Below are positions 9,535-19,114 of a DNA stretch of 64,000 bases, piece by piece (the first letter of the stretch is position 1; the number at the start of each line of letters is the position of its first letter). Origin of the DNA: a bacterium (GTDB lineage Bacteria; Zhuqueibacterota; Zhuqueibacteria; Oceanimicrobiales; Oceanimicrobiaceae). The stretch is taken from contig JBHHYI010000001.1 of assembly GCA_046757525.1 (NCBI GenBank), forward strand, positions 106,723-170,722, given 5' to 3'. The translations under genes and the position numbers were made by a program. The notes under the pieces are model-generated. The model ran no database searches, was not told where the DNA came from, and saw nothing but the letters and a program-made list of their open reading frames with translations.

Positions 9535-10830
9535 TTGAAAATAACAAACTCCAATTACCAAAAGAGCATGCTGAGCAACGGCATCCGGGTTGTGTCGGAA
9601 AAGATCCCGCACGTGCGATCGGTTTCCCTGGGTGTCTGGCTCATCGTTGGATCGAGAGATGAGAACGTTGAGAACAACGGCATTTCGCACTACATAGAGC
9701 ACATGCTGTTTAAAGGCACCAATAAGAGAAAGGCTCAGGAAATTGCCGAAAGTTTGGAATCCGTGGGTGGTCATCTAAATGCGTTTACGGCCAAAGAGTT
9801 GACTTGTTACTATGCGCACATACTGGATGAACACCTCACCATTGCCATCGACGTCATTTCAGACATCCTGAAAAACTCTATTTTTGACCGTGACGAAATG
9901 GAAAAAGAAAAGCAAGTCATCGTCGAAGAGATCAACAACATTGAAGAAACTCCAGAAGACATGGTACATGACTTGTTTCAGAACAACTTGTTTCCAAACC
10001 ATTCCCTGGGTCTGTCGATCGTGGGAAGTCGAGAAAACGTGCTGAATTTTAAACGGGAGAACCTGTTAGACTATATCGACAAGAACTACACCTCCAATAG
10101 GATTGTGATTGCAGCCGCTGGCAATGTAGTGCATTCACAATTGGTCGGACTGGCGGAGAAAAAGTTTGCCGAGTTCAAAAGTTCCGCAGAGCCAAACTAC
10201 CCAAACCCGACTCAACCGCTAAAGTTGAGAAACATATTCGAGAACGGCGGGATTCAAGCGCATCTCTGCCTGGGCACACATTCCTATTCCTACAGGAATC
10301 CCAAGAAATTCGGGCTGCTGGTTTTGAACACTCTGCTGGGTTCCGGCATGAGCTCCAGATTATTTCAAAACATTCGGGAAAAGTATGGTCTGGCTTACTC
10401 TATTTATTCCTATATCGATTTTCTGTTCGATACCGGCCTCTTTGGAGTTTATGTCGGCACCGACAGAAACAAACTGGATTCTTCCATTGAGTTGATTAGC
10501 AAAGAGCTGGACAAACTGCGCAAGAATCGTGTCTCCGCCGCAGACCTGAATCGGACCAAGTCTCAGCTCAAGGGGAATTTGATGTTGGGTCTGGAGAGTA
10601 CTTCAAGCCGCATGAATCGACTGGCAAAGATGGAAATATATCTACAAAAGTATTACACGCTGGATGACACCTTGCTTGAGATCGAACGAGTCTCATCGGA
10701 CGATTTGTTAGAAATCGCCAATGAGCTTTTTGACCCGAACCGAATTTGTTACACCATTTTGCAACCCCACAAGGGTAAGGGCTTACAAGAGGGAGGTATT
10801 TATGATCATTGGAATTCCAAAAGAAATTAA
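9535..10830 (+). CDS. M16-family (pitrilysin-like) zinc peptidase
   Basis: 431 aa with the inverted zinc motif HYIEHMLFKGT (HxxEH). Confidence 0.85.
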   Translation: MKITNSNYQKSMLSNGIRVVSEKIPHVRSVSLGVWLIVGSRDENVENNGISHYIEHMLFKGTNKRKAQEIAESLESVGGHLNAFTAKELTCYYAHILDEHLTIAIDVISDILKNSIFDRDEMEKEKQVIVEEINNIEETPEDMVHDLFQNNLFPNHSLGLSIVGSRENVLNFKRENLLDYIDKNYTSNRIVIAAAGNVVHSQLVGLAEKKFAEFKSSAEPNYPNPTQPLKLRNIFENGGIQAHLCLGTHSYSYRNPKKFGLLVLNTLLGSGMSSRLFQNIREKYGLAYSIYSYIDFLFDTGLFGVYVGTDRNKLDSSIELISKELDKLRKNRVSAADLNRTKSQLKGNLMLGLESTSSRMNRLAKMEIYLQKYYTLDDTLLEIERVSSDDLLEIANELFDPNRICYTILQPHKGKGLQEGGIYDHWNSKRN

Positions 10831-11920
10831 GCCTAACGAAAATCGCGTGTCGTTAATACCCGTAGGCGTTGAGTTGTTGAGGACCAACGGCCACACTGTG
10901 TTGGTCGAAAAAGGGGCAGGGGTAGGCAGTGGATTTTTGGACGAAGAGTACTCACAGGCTGGAGCCGAGATAATTTTCGCGCCCGATGAGATTTACAGCA
11001 GAGCCGACATGATCATGAAGGTTAAAGAGCCCCTGCCACAAGAGTACCCTCTCATCAAAGAGGGCCAGATAGTGTTCACCTATTTTCACTTTGCCGCCTC
11101 CAGGCAATTGACCACTGCGATGATTGAAAGAAATTGTGTCGCCATCGCTTATGAAACCGTGCAAAACAGTCAAGGCCATCTGCCACTTCTGGTGCCCATG
11201 AGTGAAGTGGCCGGGCGCATGTCCATTCAAGAGGGGGCCAGATATCTGGAGAAATTGCACGGCGGCAAGGGCATCTTGCTTGGAGGTGTGCCCGGTGTGG
11301 AGCCTGCCAGCGTGGTTATCATCGGCGGCGGTATCGTTGGCACGAACGCAGCAAAGATTGCAGCGGGTCTGGGAGCGAAAGTGACCATCTTAGATGTCAA
11401 CCTGGACCGCCTTCGTTACCTGGATGACGTCATGCCCAAAAATGTCATTAGTTTGATGTCAAACCCTGCCAACATACGCCGAGCCATCTCTGAAGCAGAC
11501 CTGGTGGTCGGCTCCGTCCTCATCCCTGGTGCCAAAGCCCCCAAACTGATCACCCGGGACATGCTGAAGTTTATGAAAAGAGGTTCGGTGATCGTTGACG
11601 TTGCTGTTGATCAAGGCGGTTGCGTAGAAACGATTAAACCTACCACGCATGCTAATCCCACCTATGAAATCGACGGCGTCATTCATTATGGCGTTGCCAA
11701 TATGCCCGGCGGGGTGCCCATGACTTCCACGGTTGCCCTGACCAATGCGACCTTGCCGTACGCCATTGAAATTGCAAACCATGGGTTTCCGGCGATCATT
11801 TCAGTGAGCGATGAAATTGCAAAGGGCGTGAACATTGCCTATGGTCGTGTGACTTACAGGGGGGTTGCTGAGGCTTTCGGTTTAGACTACACCCCTGTGG
11901 CACAGGCGATCAAAAACTAA
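10802..11920 (+). CDS. ald: Alanine dehydrogenase
   Basis: ATG 10802 (MIIGIPKEIKPNENRV…). NAD-binding GGGIVGTNAA motif. Overlaps the peptidase end by 29 nt in another frame. Confidence 0.85.
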   Translation: MIIGIPKEIKPNENRVSLIPVGVELLRTNGHTVLVEKGAGVGSGFLDEEYSQAGAEIIFAPDEIYSRADMIMKVKEPLPQEYPLIKEGQIVFTYFHFAASRQLTTAMIERNCVAIAYETVQNSQGHLPLLVPMSEVAGRMSIQEGARYLEKLHGGKGILLGGVPGVEPASVVIIGGGIVGTNAAKIAAGLGAKVTILDVNLDRLRYLDDVMPKNVISLMSNPANIRRAISEADLVVGSVLIPGAKAPKLITRDMLKFMKRGSVIVDVAVDQGGCVETIKPTTHANPTYEIDGVIHYGVANMPGGVPMTSTVALTNATLPYAIEIANHGFPAIISVSDEIAKGVNIAYGRVTYRGVAEAFGLDYTPVAQAIKN

Positions 11921-11930
11921 CTCGGGCCAG

Positions 11931-12710
11931 ATGTTCGTCCCCATTCTGGCTTACCACATGGTTCAACCCAACATGGATTTGGGGATAACCAATATCACTC
12001 CACACCGGTTTGAGAAGCAGATTCGCTACCTTCACCAAAACGGGTACAGAACCGTGTCCTTGACCGATCTGGTTAGCGACACAGGCAACGATGACCTGAG
12101 AGGAAACAAATTGGTGGCCATTACTTTCGACGATGCCTATCAATCGGTTTTTGAATTTGCTTTTCCAATTCTGAAGAAGTTCAATTTTACCGCCACGATT
12201 TTTGTGATTTCTGATTACGTTGGCAAATGTAACGGTTGGGATTACAGTTTCCTGCGGCCGGGCGTGCTGCATTGCGACTGGGATGAACTCAAGATGCTAA
12301 GCTTGAGTGGCTGGGAAATAGGGTCGCACACGGCCAACCACAAGAGCCTGAGCTCCCTTCCCAACAACCATGTTTGGGATGAATTGACACGCTCTAAGGA
12401 GACGATTGAAAACGAAATGCAAGTACCCGTAACCGTGCTATCCTATCCGTTTGGCGCATTCGATGGACGCGTGATACATTTAGCGTACAAAGCCGGTTAT
12501 ACTTGCGCTTGTACGTTGGGCAATCCATTGGCTGAAAGACGTTTTTCCCCGTTTGCGCTGAGCAGAAGAGGGGTCTATTCAATCGATCCCTTTTTTCTTT
12601 TCAAAGTCAAGCTGCAAAACAATAGGCTCTCGCACCTTGATGCTCAAAAGCAGAGATTAATAACTTTCTGTTCAAAGGGCACGATTTTGTATCACCACAT
12701 TTTCAGGTAA
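11931..12710 (+). CDS. Polysaccharide deacetylase (NodB-homology, CE4) family protein
   Basis: 259 aa. ITFDDAY motif and a CE4-like histidine pattern. Confidence 0.7.
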   Translation: MFVPILAYHMVQPNMDLGITNITPHRFEKQIRYLHQNGYRTVSLTDLVSDTGNDDLRGNKLVAITFDDAYQSVFEFAFPILKKFNFTATIFVISDYVGKCNGWDYSFLRPGVLHCDWDELKMLSLSGWEIGSHTANHKSLSSLPNNHVWDELTRSKETIENEMQVPVTVLSYPFGAFDGRVIHLAYKAGYTCACTLGNPLAERRFSPFALSRRGVYSIDPFFLFKVKLQNNRLSHLDAQKQRLITFCSKGTILYHHIFR

Positions 12711-12796
12711 CTTAAAAAACACTTGATTTATTATCCAAATGTTCTATATTGTTTTAATAGCAAGCGGGTTCATCACGCTGTGTTGAGAACGATTAA

Positions 12797-13165
12797 ATGA
12801 AAAAATTAGCTATTAAAAAGCTATATTATTCCATTAGCGAAGTCAGCAAAATCACCTCATTAAAGCCGTATGTCCTCAGATATTGGGAAACAGAATTCTC
12901 GGAGTTGAAGCCGTCAAAAAATCGAGCTGGCAACCGAATCTATCGACTCAATGACATTAACCTGATCAATTTGATCAAAAAACTGCTTTATCAAGAAAAA
13001 TACACGATTGAAGGAGCTCGACAAAAGCTCAAATTGCTTAGAGACAATAAGGATGGCCAACTCTATTTGTCGTTTTATGACCACAATCTAAACTCGATGC
13101 TGTCTGAAATAAGGCAAGAGTTGGTAGAAATCCTAAAAATCATCGGCAGTAATAGCGGGGCGTAG
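12797..13165 (+). CDS. MerR-family HTH transcriptional regulator
   Basis: 122 aa. N-terminal helix-turn-helix YSISEVSKITSLKPYVLRYWE. The 3' end overlaps the tRNA by about 10 nt. Confidence 0.65.
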   Translation: MKKLAIKKLYYSISEVSKITSLKPYVLRYWETEFSELKPSKNRAGNRIYRLNDINLINLIKKLLYQEKYTIEGARQKLKLLRDNKDGQLYLSFYDHNLNSMLSEIRQELVEILKIIGSNSGA

Positions 13166-13230
13166 CGCAGTCCGGTTAGCGCACTTGACTGGGGGTCAAG
13201 GGGTCGTAGGTTCAAATCCTATCGCCCCGA
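13156..13230 (+). tRNA. tRNA-Pro (anticodon GGG)
   Basis: Cloverleaf read by hand. Acceptor stem CGGGGCG/CGCCCCG, D-arm GCGC…GCGC, anticodon stem CTTGA/TCAAG with loop CTGGGGG, T-arm GTAGGTTCAAATCCTAT, discriminator A. CCA is not encoded. Confidence 0.85.
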
Positions 13231-13239
13231 CTATTTTTC

Positions 13240-13276
13240 GGAGCCGCACTCCACAGGGTTGCGGCTCTTTTTTTGG
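13240..13276 (+). terminator. Rho-independent terminator after tRNA-Pro
   Basis: GAGCCGCA-(11-nt loop)-TGCGGCTC followed by a T7-T8 run. Confidence 0.8.
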
Positions 13277-13728
13277 GTTTGTCCCACACTAACATCCGTT
13301 AGATTTCGTAAGCTCCGTCTCTCAACAACAAGCCGACCTTTGAATGACCAAGGCGAGAGGAGGGCCTTACCCACGAAAGGGATTCAGAATCCCAGAAACG
13401 AGAAAGGTATGGCAGACGGGGAGGAAAAGGAACAAGGAGGTTTGGCTCTTTTGAGGGTTTCAGCGGTGAAAACGATCTAACGCAAGTGCACCCGGGCGAC
13501 CGTTATGAGATTCTTTTGTGTCGACACGGCAACATCATTGTGATGGACGCTGTGCCCAATATTTGCCCAACTCCTATCCTTCTTCAAGCTACTCACGCCT
13601 TAAGCAACCAAGTTTTGTGCGAAGCTCCTTTAACACCAAGTCAAGAGGAGGCAAGGGATTGACCAGCCGTCCGAGTTCTCTTTCCCAGTATGGTTCCCTC
13701 GACCGTTCCAGAAGCTCTCTTCGGTCTA

Positions 13729-14547
13729 TCAATACAACCACCCATCAGGTATTAGCTTGTAGTTAACCAAAAGACCCCATTTGTCGTTATAGCTTCCGTG
13801 TTTTGGTGATATGGGATCCAGGACGGAGTAGCCCTTCGAGAGTTTCATGCCTTCAAAAATACACCTGTACTTGGGCAGCAGACCGCCTACTTCGAGAATG
13901 TAACCAAGTCTCTTCAATATCGTCATATTGCCCATCTCCATGGCAAAAGTTATTACTGTTTTAAAGTCCATTTCCTCTCGCGAAAAAAAGATCGACCTTG
14001 CAATTTCGTCGATTCCTCCGCAGTGTTCAGGATGGTCAAGGCAGTCGGCTATTGTCTTGTTTTTGTCTGAGATTTTGACTCGTTCACCTTCGACTTCAAT
14101 ATCAACCACGCCAAAGAATTTTTTCTCGGCAAGCTGCACAAAGAGGTAGGTGTTGTGCATAATCTCGATTTTTTTCTTGGCCCTGGTTGTTGCAATGAAT
14201 GTCGTTGTTGGAATCTGATCGGAAAAGCCGTAATGGTTCAGGGCGGACCAGTAGCCAATGTAGTATGGTTCCACAAGCTTTGAGCCGATTACAAAGCTGT
14301 GCATGGCAAAACTTTCTGCACCCTTCACGCCGACGTCAAGGGGGACGATTGCATACAGACCTCTTTTTAACTTGAGAATCCATTTCTTCTTTACAAGGTG
14401 GTGTATAGTCTTGCTGGCAGAATTGCCAACCAGCGCTTTAACATCCTCAGTCGTGAAGGTTATTCTGTTGTCTCTCGCAAAGCTTGAGATGAGAAAGGAT
14501 TCCTTCTTGCTGAGACCCTGCCTATATTTTTCTGTCGTTGTGTCCAT
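13729..14547 (-). CDS. AbiEi-like (type IV toxin-antitoxin antitoxin family) winged-helix protein; orphan, with no adjacent nucleotidyltransferase toxin gene
   Basis: 272 aa. N-terminal region …FTTEDVKALVGNSASKTIHHLVKKKWILKLKRGLYAIVPLD matches the AbiEi_4 pattern (…RGxY motif). AT-richer than its neighbours. The 490 bp downstream on the minus strand holds no ORF. Confidence 0.5.
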   Translation of the reverse strand: MDTTTEKYRQGLSKKESFLISSFARDNRITFTTEDVKALVGNSASKTIHHLVKKKWILKLKRGLYAIVPLDVGVKGAESFAMHSFVIGSKLVEPYYIGYWSALNHYGFSDQIPTTTFIATTRAKKKIEIMHNTYLFVQLAEKKFFGVVDIEVEGERVKISDKNKTIADCLDHPEHCGGIDEIARSIFFSREEMDFKTVITFAMEMGNMTILKRLGYILEVGGLLPKYRCIFEGMKLSKGYSVLDPISPKHGSYNDKWGLLVNYKLIPDGWLY

Positions 14548-14798
14548 ATTTTGTCACTTTCTACAGAATGATATAGTTTTTATGGCCTAATTTAACAATG
14601 TTTCGCAGCATAGTCAATGTGTTTTTCAGAGATGGTAGGACAGACAATCAAGTCCATTCATTTTCGTGACGTACTTCCCAATAACTGTCCAAGTTGAATA
14701 AGCTTCCCGTCGTCGTGGGGCTGTGTTTGCTAATATTCTACTGCTGGCAAGCTGTTGGTCAAGCTGCCGAAAATAAAGAATAAGCAACGTAATTCAAA

Positions 14799-15239
14799 AT
14801 GCCACCTTGTCTCGAAACGTGCATTCAGGGAAACAAAGTGAGTGTTGTTAGCAACCGTCTCATCAAAGTACTCATCGTCGACGACGACCGCATTCTCAGG
14901 CGTCTCATGACCAAGCTGATTCAGGATTCGTGGCCCATCGAGATCATCGAGGCCGAGGATGGCCTGGAAGCGCTGACCATCCTCCTGAAACATCCCCCAC
15001 ATCTCAACGTCATTATCCTGGACCTGATGATGCCCCTTGTCAACGGAATTGAAGTCCTCAAACTCATACGCAGCAGACCCAAGTTCGACCGGGTTCCCAT
15101 CATGGTCTGCACGGTGGTCAACGATGTGCAGCAGATCAAGCAAATCATCAAGCATGGCGTGGATGACTACGTCGTCAAACCAATAGACCGGGTGGTGTTC
15201 CTCAGGAAATTCTTCAGGATTCTGAGAAAGATTCGCTGA
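14799..15239 (+). CDS. Stand-alone CheY-like response-regulator receiver domain protein
   Basis: …IKVLIVDDDRILRRLM…IILDLMMPLVNGIEVL…VKP. The true start is probably a few codons downstream of 14799. Confidence 0.75.
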   Translation: MPPCLETCIQGNKVSVVSNRLIKVLIVDDDRILRRLMTKLIQDSWPIEIIEAEDGLEALTILLKHPPHLNVIILDLMMPLVNGIEVLKLIRSRPKFDRVPIMVCTVVNDVQQIKQIIKHGVDDYVVKPIDRVVFLRKFFRILRKIR

Positions 15240-15497
15240 GCCGGCACCCAACAGTCCCGGTCGTTCGTCACTTTGGAAGAGGTGCCATAGAAAGCGTTTC
15301 CTATTTAGGGAGTGCGTTCCACAGTTCCAGGCGGTGAAACTCGAACCATCTTCCGGGCAGAGATGCGCCAGGGCGTACAAGTCCCATAAAATCAAATTGA
15401 CGGGGCCCTCCATTCTTCTGTTGAAATCTCCCCTCCTGCTACGGCACACCATTTGATTGCCCACCGTGCCAAATCAACACTTAGTTCGTAATGCAAA

Positions 15498-16298
15498 ATG
15501 GCAGCAATTATGGAAGAAAAATATACCATGGAGGGTTTAGAAACCTGTTTTGCAAGATTCAACGCCTCCATTGGTGATCTCCAAAAAGCTTACAACAAAA
15601 TCCAACAGCATCTGCATCACAGCGGGGATAGCCTGTCCCAGGAAACCCTGCTCTACATGTCACAGAACCTGGCGCACGGCATTCGCAATCCCCTTGGCGG
15701 CATTGGTAACCTATTGACTCTGCTTTCTCACGACTACGATCTGCAACAAACGGACAAAGTGCAGAGAATGCACGAGGGGATTGAGCGGATTGAGCGAATC
15801 ATCGCTAAACTCATTGAGTTTAGTTCGCCGGTGGGAACAAAAAAGAGACGCCACGAACTACAAGAGTTGGTTGACGCAGTTGTTCATTCTGTAAAACAGT
15901 CCTTGGATTCAAATCGGTCTGCGATTCAATTGTCTTTGAGAATGTGTAAGCGCGCCTTGCTGTTGGAAGCGGATGTCCCCAAGTTGACGCAGGCCCTGCA
16001 ACACATCGTACAAAACGCATTCGAAGCCATGCCGCACGGGGGCAAAATAAGCATCTGGCTGCGAGAAAGCAAAACGCCCAACTGCGCCGAATTGCTGATT
16101 TCAGATGAAGGCCCTGGAATCAAGGTGGATGAAATAGAGAGGTGCTTTGCACCATTTTACACCACGAAAGTCAATGGCATGGGGCTTGGTCTCCCTTTTG
16201 CCAGAAAGGTTTTTGAGAAGCACGGTGGAACCATGCTCTTAGAGAATAGAAAGCCAACCGGACTGAAAGTTAGAATCAAATTGCCAACTAAAAACTGA
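15498..16298 (+). CDS. Cytoplasmic sensor histidine kinase (HisKA + HATPase_c, no TM segments); FlgS/FleS/FlrB-like
   Basis: H-box HGIRNPLGGI. N and G boxes (…LISDEGPGI…, GMGLGLPFARKV). No hydrophobic helices. Sits directly upstream of a sigma-54 activator and flgB. Confidence 0.8.
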   Translation: MAAIMEEKYTMEGLETCFARFNASIGDLQKAYNKIQQHLHHSGDSLSQETLLYMSQNLAHGIRNPLGGIGNLLTLLSHDYDLQQTDKVQRMHEGIERIERIIAKLIEFSSPVGTKKRRHELQELVDAVVHSVKQSLDSNRSAIQLSLRMCKRALLLEADVPKLTQALQHIVQNAFEAMPHGGKISIWLRESKTPNCAELLISDEGPGIKVDEIERCFAPFYTTKVNGMGLGLPFARKVFEKHGGTMLLENRKPTGLKVRIKLPTKN

Positions 16299-16304
16299 AG
16301 GGCG

Positions 16305-17687
16305 GTGCAAATGAAAAAGATACTGGTTGTTGATGACGATCCTCTCATCGGCTTGTCCCTGAAAGAAGCCCTGAAAAGATGGGATTACGAGGTCACTCTG
16401 ATTAATGAAGGTAGCCGGGTAATAGATGCACTGCAAGGGCAAGGGTATGACATGGTTTTCACTGACATGCGCATGCCAAATGTGACAGGCATGGACGTGT
16501 TGGAAAAAGTGCAGCAGTTGTGCCCATCTACCGGCGTCATCATGATTACGGCCTATGGCAGCATCGCTCAGGCCGTGGAAGCCATGCAGAAAGGCGCCTT
16601 CGATTTCATAACCAAGCCCTATTCGCTCCAGAAAATCAAGGCGTGTTTGGACAAGTATTTCTGCATCGCAAAGAATCCGGACAGTGGCCAGGTTTCACGG
16701 GAGACCCGTCTCCCTGTCAAAACTCAGGAAAGATTTGTCGGGGAAAATGTAAGGGTGAAAGAATTGTTCAGGACCCTGGAGATGGCTTATCATAGCGATG
16801 CGCCGGTGTTTATTCAAGGCGAAAGCGGCACCGGCAAAGAGCTCATCGCTGAGGCCATTCACTGCCAAAGTGCACGCAAGGAAAAACCGTACTTGAGAAT
16901 CAACTGTGCCGCGCTTCCGGAAAATCTGGTAGAAAGCCAGCTTTTTGGCCACGAGAAAGGGGCCTTTACCGGGGCCATTAAGACTTTTAAAGGGTTGTTT
17001 GAAGAAGCTGACGGTGGCACCTTGCTTTTGGATGAGATCACCGAAATGCCTCTGAATCTGCAAGCGAAGTTTCTGCGGGTCCTGCAAGAGGGGGAGTTCT
17101 CCAGAGTGGGCAGTACGCGTACCAGAAGAACAGATGTGCGCATTGTTGCGACGACCAACAGCGATGTGCAAGAAGCGATCGCGCAGGGCAGATTTCGTCA
17201 GGATTTGTACTACCGCCTGGCGGTCCTCTTCTTGCGGGTTCCCCCTTTGCGCGAACGAAAGGATGACATCCCTTTGCTATGTGAATACTTTCTCAAAAAG
17301 TATGGTGAGAAATATTCTAACAAGGTCAAAGGCATAGACCAGGAGGCTATTAGATTCCTCTCTCAACATGCATGGCCTGGCAATGTGCGCGAATTGGAAA
17401 ACATCATCCAGAGAAGTGTGTTGAGTTGTCGGAATGGAGAAGAGATCGGTCTGCAGCACGTTCAAGAGTTGCTAACCGTTGACGCAGCGGCCGGAGGTGA
17501 ACGCTTGGGCTGCAACGAAGACCTGAGCCTGGAAGAAATGGAAAAGCGGCTAATCGCGGCGACGTTGCAAAGATACCGATTTCACAAAACCAGGACCGCG
17601 GAAATCCTGGGGGTTACACTGAAAACTTTGAGAAACAAAATTCTTCAATATGGTCTGGAAACCGTACCCGTAAAAACTACCACTTGA
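16305..17687 (+). CDS. Sigma-54-dependent response regulator (NtrC family; FlgR/FleR/FlrC-like flagellar activator)
   Basis: REC domain (VVDDDP…FTDMRMP), AAA+ domain with GESGTGKE and the GAFTGA motif, and a C-terminal Fis-type HTH. Confidence 0.9.
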   Translation: MQMKKILVVDDDPLIGLSLKEALKRWDYEVTLINEGSRVIDALQGQGYDMVFTDMRMPNVTGMDVLEKVQQLCPSTGVIMITAYGSIAQAVEAMQKGAFDFITKPYSLQKIKACLDKYFCIAKNPDSGQVSRETRLPVKTQERFVGENVRVKELFRTLEMAYHSDAPVFIQGESGTGKELIAEAIHCQSARKEKPYLRINCAALPENLVESQLFGHEKGAFTGAIKTFKGLFEEADGGTLLLDEITEMPLNLQAKFLRVLQEGEFSRVGSTRTRRTDVRIVATTNSDVQEAIAQGRFRQDLYYRLAVLFLRVPPLRERKDDIPLLCEYFLKKYGEKYSNKVKGIDQEAIRFLSQHAWPGNVRELENIIQRSVLSCRNGEEIGLQHVQELLTVDAAAGGERLGCNEDLSLEEMEKRLIAATLQRYRFHKTRTAEILGVTLKTLRNKILQYGLETVPVKTTT

Positions 17688-17825
17688 CTCGTAGCTTTTA
17701 CGGCCTCGACTCCAGGCAACACCGGTGGCAAATTTTCGAAGAAGGTAGAATGGACCGAGCATAAGTTATTATTTTTAAAGCAATATTACCCACAATTACC
17801 TGGCCAGACTCTTTGAGTTTCGTGC

Positions 17826-17842
17826 CTGGCATATTAGTTGCC
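17826..17842 (+). promoter_or_regulatory. Sigma-54 (-24/-12) promoter for flgB: CTGGCATATTAGTTGC
   Basis: GG at 17828-29 and GC at 17840-41, the canonical 10-nt spacing. Lies 32 nt upstream of the flgB ATG. Confidence 0.7.
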
Positions 17843-17873
17843 TGAACAGGAAAAAAATAGGAGCACCCTAAGG

Positions 17874-18269
17874 ATGAAGATCGATTCTTTGGAAAAAACG
17901 CTCGTTCCGCTGTTGAAAAAAAGCCTGGATGCCTACAGCGTGCGGCAACAGGCGATTACCGAGAATATTGCCAACATAGACACCCCGGGTTATAAACCGA
18001 TCAAGGTCAGCTTTGAAGAAAAACTGCGCCACCTGCTGAACAGGAATCTCGATGTCAAGACCGGAAATCTGCGCCACATGGATTCAGGCGCCAACCTATT
18101 GCAAAATGACCCATCGCTCTTTGAGGTCACGAAGGAAGCCACAGACGTTAATCTTGAGGATCAAATGGCAGAGTTAGCCAAGAACCAGATACGATTCGAA
18201 TTTGCGACCAGGATGTTGAACCGAACTTACGAAATGATTCGTGCCAGCATAACGGGCCACGTAAGATGA
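17874..18269 (+). CDS. flgB: Flagellar basal-body rod protein FlgB
   Basis: ORF 17838-18269 trimmed to ATG 17874 so that it lies downstream of the sigma-54 promoter. ANIDTPGYK rod-protein motif. Confidence 0.85.
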   Translation: MKIDSLEKTLVPLLKKSLDAYSVRQQAITENIANIDTPGYKPIKVSFEEKLRHLLNRNLDVKTGNLRHMDSGANLLQNDPSLFEVTKEATDVNLEDQMAELAKNQIRFEFATRMLNRTYEMIRASITGHVR

Positions 18270-18302
18270 TATTCAGAGAAAACCTGAAAGGGAGTCTCGC
18301 AC

Positions 18303-18797
18303 ATGAATGATTTATTCTCCGTGTTAAAAATTGGTTCGGATGCGCTCAATGCACAGAAGAAGCAGCTATCCATTACAGCCGAAAACATTGCCAATGCCAG
18401 CACCACGCGCACGAGTGCAGGTACGCCCTACAAGCGCAAGTTTCTGGTAAAGAAGGCCATTTCGAACCCGCCAATGTTTCCAAGCCTTTTGTACCGCGCA
18501 AGAACCAGGCTGAGGACGGCAAATCCGGAACACATTGCTTCCGCCCGTTACCAGCCAGGAGGAGGTGCAACCCTTGGCAGTGAAGAGCTTGAAACGCAGG
18601 TTCTGGAAAAGGCTCAGTTCAAGAAGATTTACGATCCCGGCCATCCGGACGCGGGTGCCGATGGGTTTGTCGAATATCCCGACATCAATGTGGTTATGGA
18701 AATGCTCGAGCTGATTAGTACGAGTCGTGCTTATGAAGCAAACATCACCGTGATGAACACAGCAAAGACGCTGGCCAAGAGAGCCCTGGAGATTTAG
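18303..18797 (+). CDS. flgC: Flagellar basal-body rod protein FlgC
   Basis: 164 aa. N-terminal AENIANASTT… and the C-terminal rod motif. Confidence 0.85.
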   Translation: MNDLFSVLKIGSDALNAQKKQLSITAENIANASTTRTSAGTPYKRKFLVKKAISNPPMFPSLLYRARTRLRTANPEHIASARYQPGGGATLGSEELETQVLEKAQFKKIYDPGHPDAGADGFVEYPDINVVMEMLELISTSRAYEANITVMNTAKTLAKRALEI

Positions 18798-18808
18798 GAG
18801 AACAAAAA

Positions 18809-19093
18809 GTGAGCACGATTAAACCCGCGGTATTCCCCAACATCAGCCGCCATGCCGTCAATCGGCCAAACGAGCACGCGGACATCCTAAGGTCTGGCAA
18901 CGCCAGGGAAGTCGAACCAGGAAAGTCGGCCGTTCGTCACGACGCGTCAGGTTCGATTGAAGACAGGCGTGGTGCCGAACCATTAAACCAAACCAGGACA
19001 GCAGAAGGGAAAACGATCAAGTTTTATCGACCCAACAAAGTCAAGATTCAAAAACCGGTGGTGCTGGGAACGTACATCGACATCAAAGTGTGA
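18809..19093 (+). CDS. Hypothetical 94-aa protein inserted between flgC and fliE
   Basis: GTG start with GGAGAA 7 nt upstream. Exactly fills the flgC-fliE gap. Not recognisably similar to anything. Confidence 0.35.
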   Translation: MSTIKPAVFPNISRHAVNRPNEHADILRSGNAREVEPGKSAVRHDASGSIEDRRGAEPLNQTRTAEGKTIKFYRPNKVKIQKPVVLGTYIDIKV

Positions 19094-19114
19094 CCAATTG
19101 GGAAGTGAGTAAAC

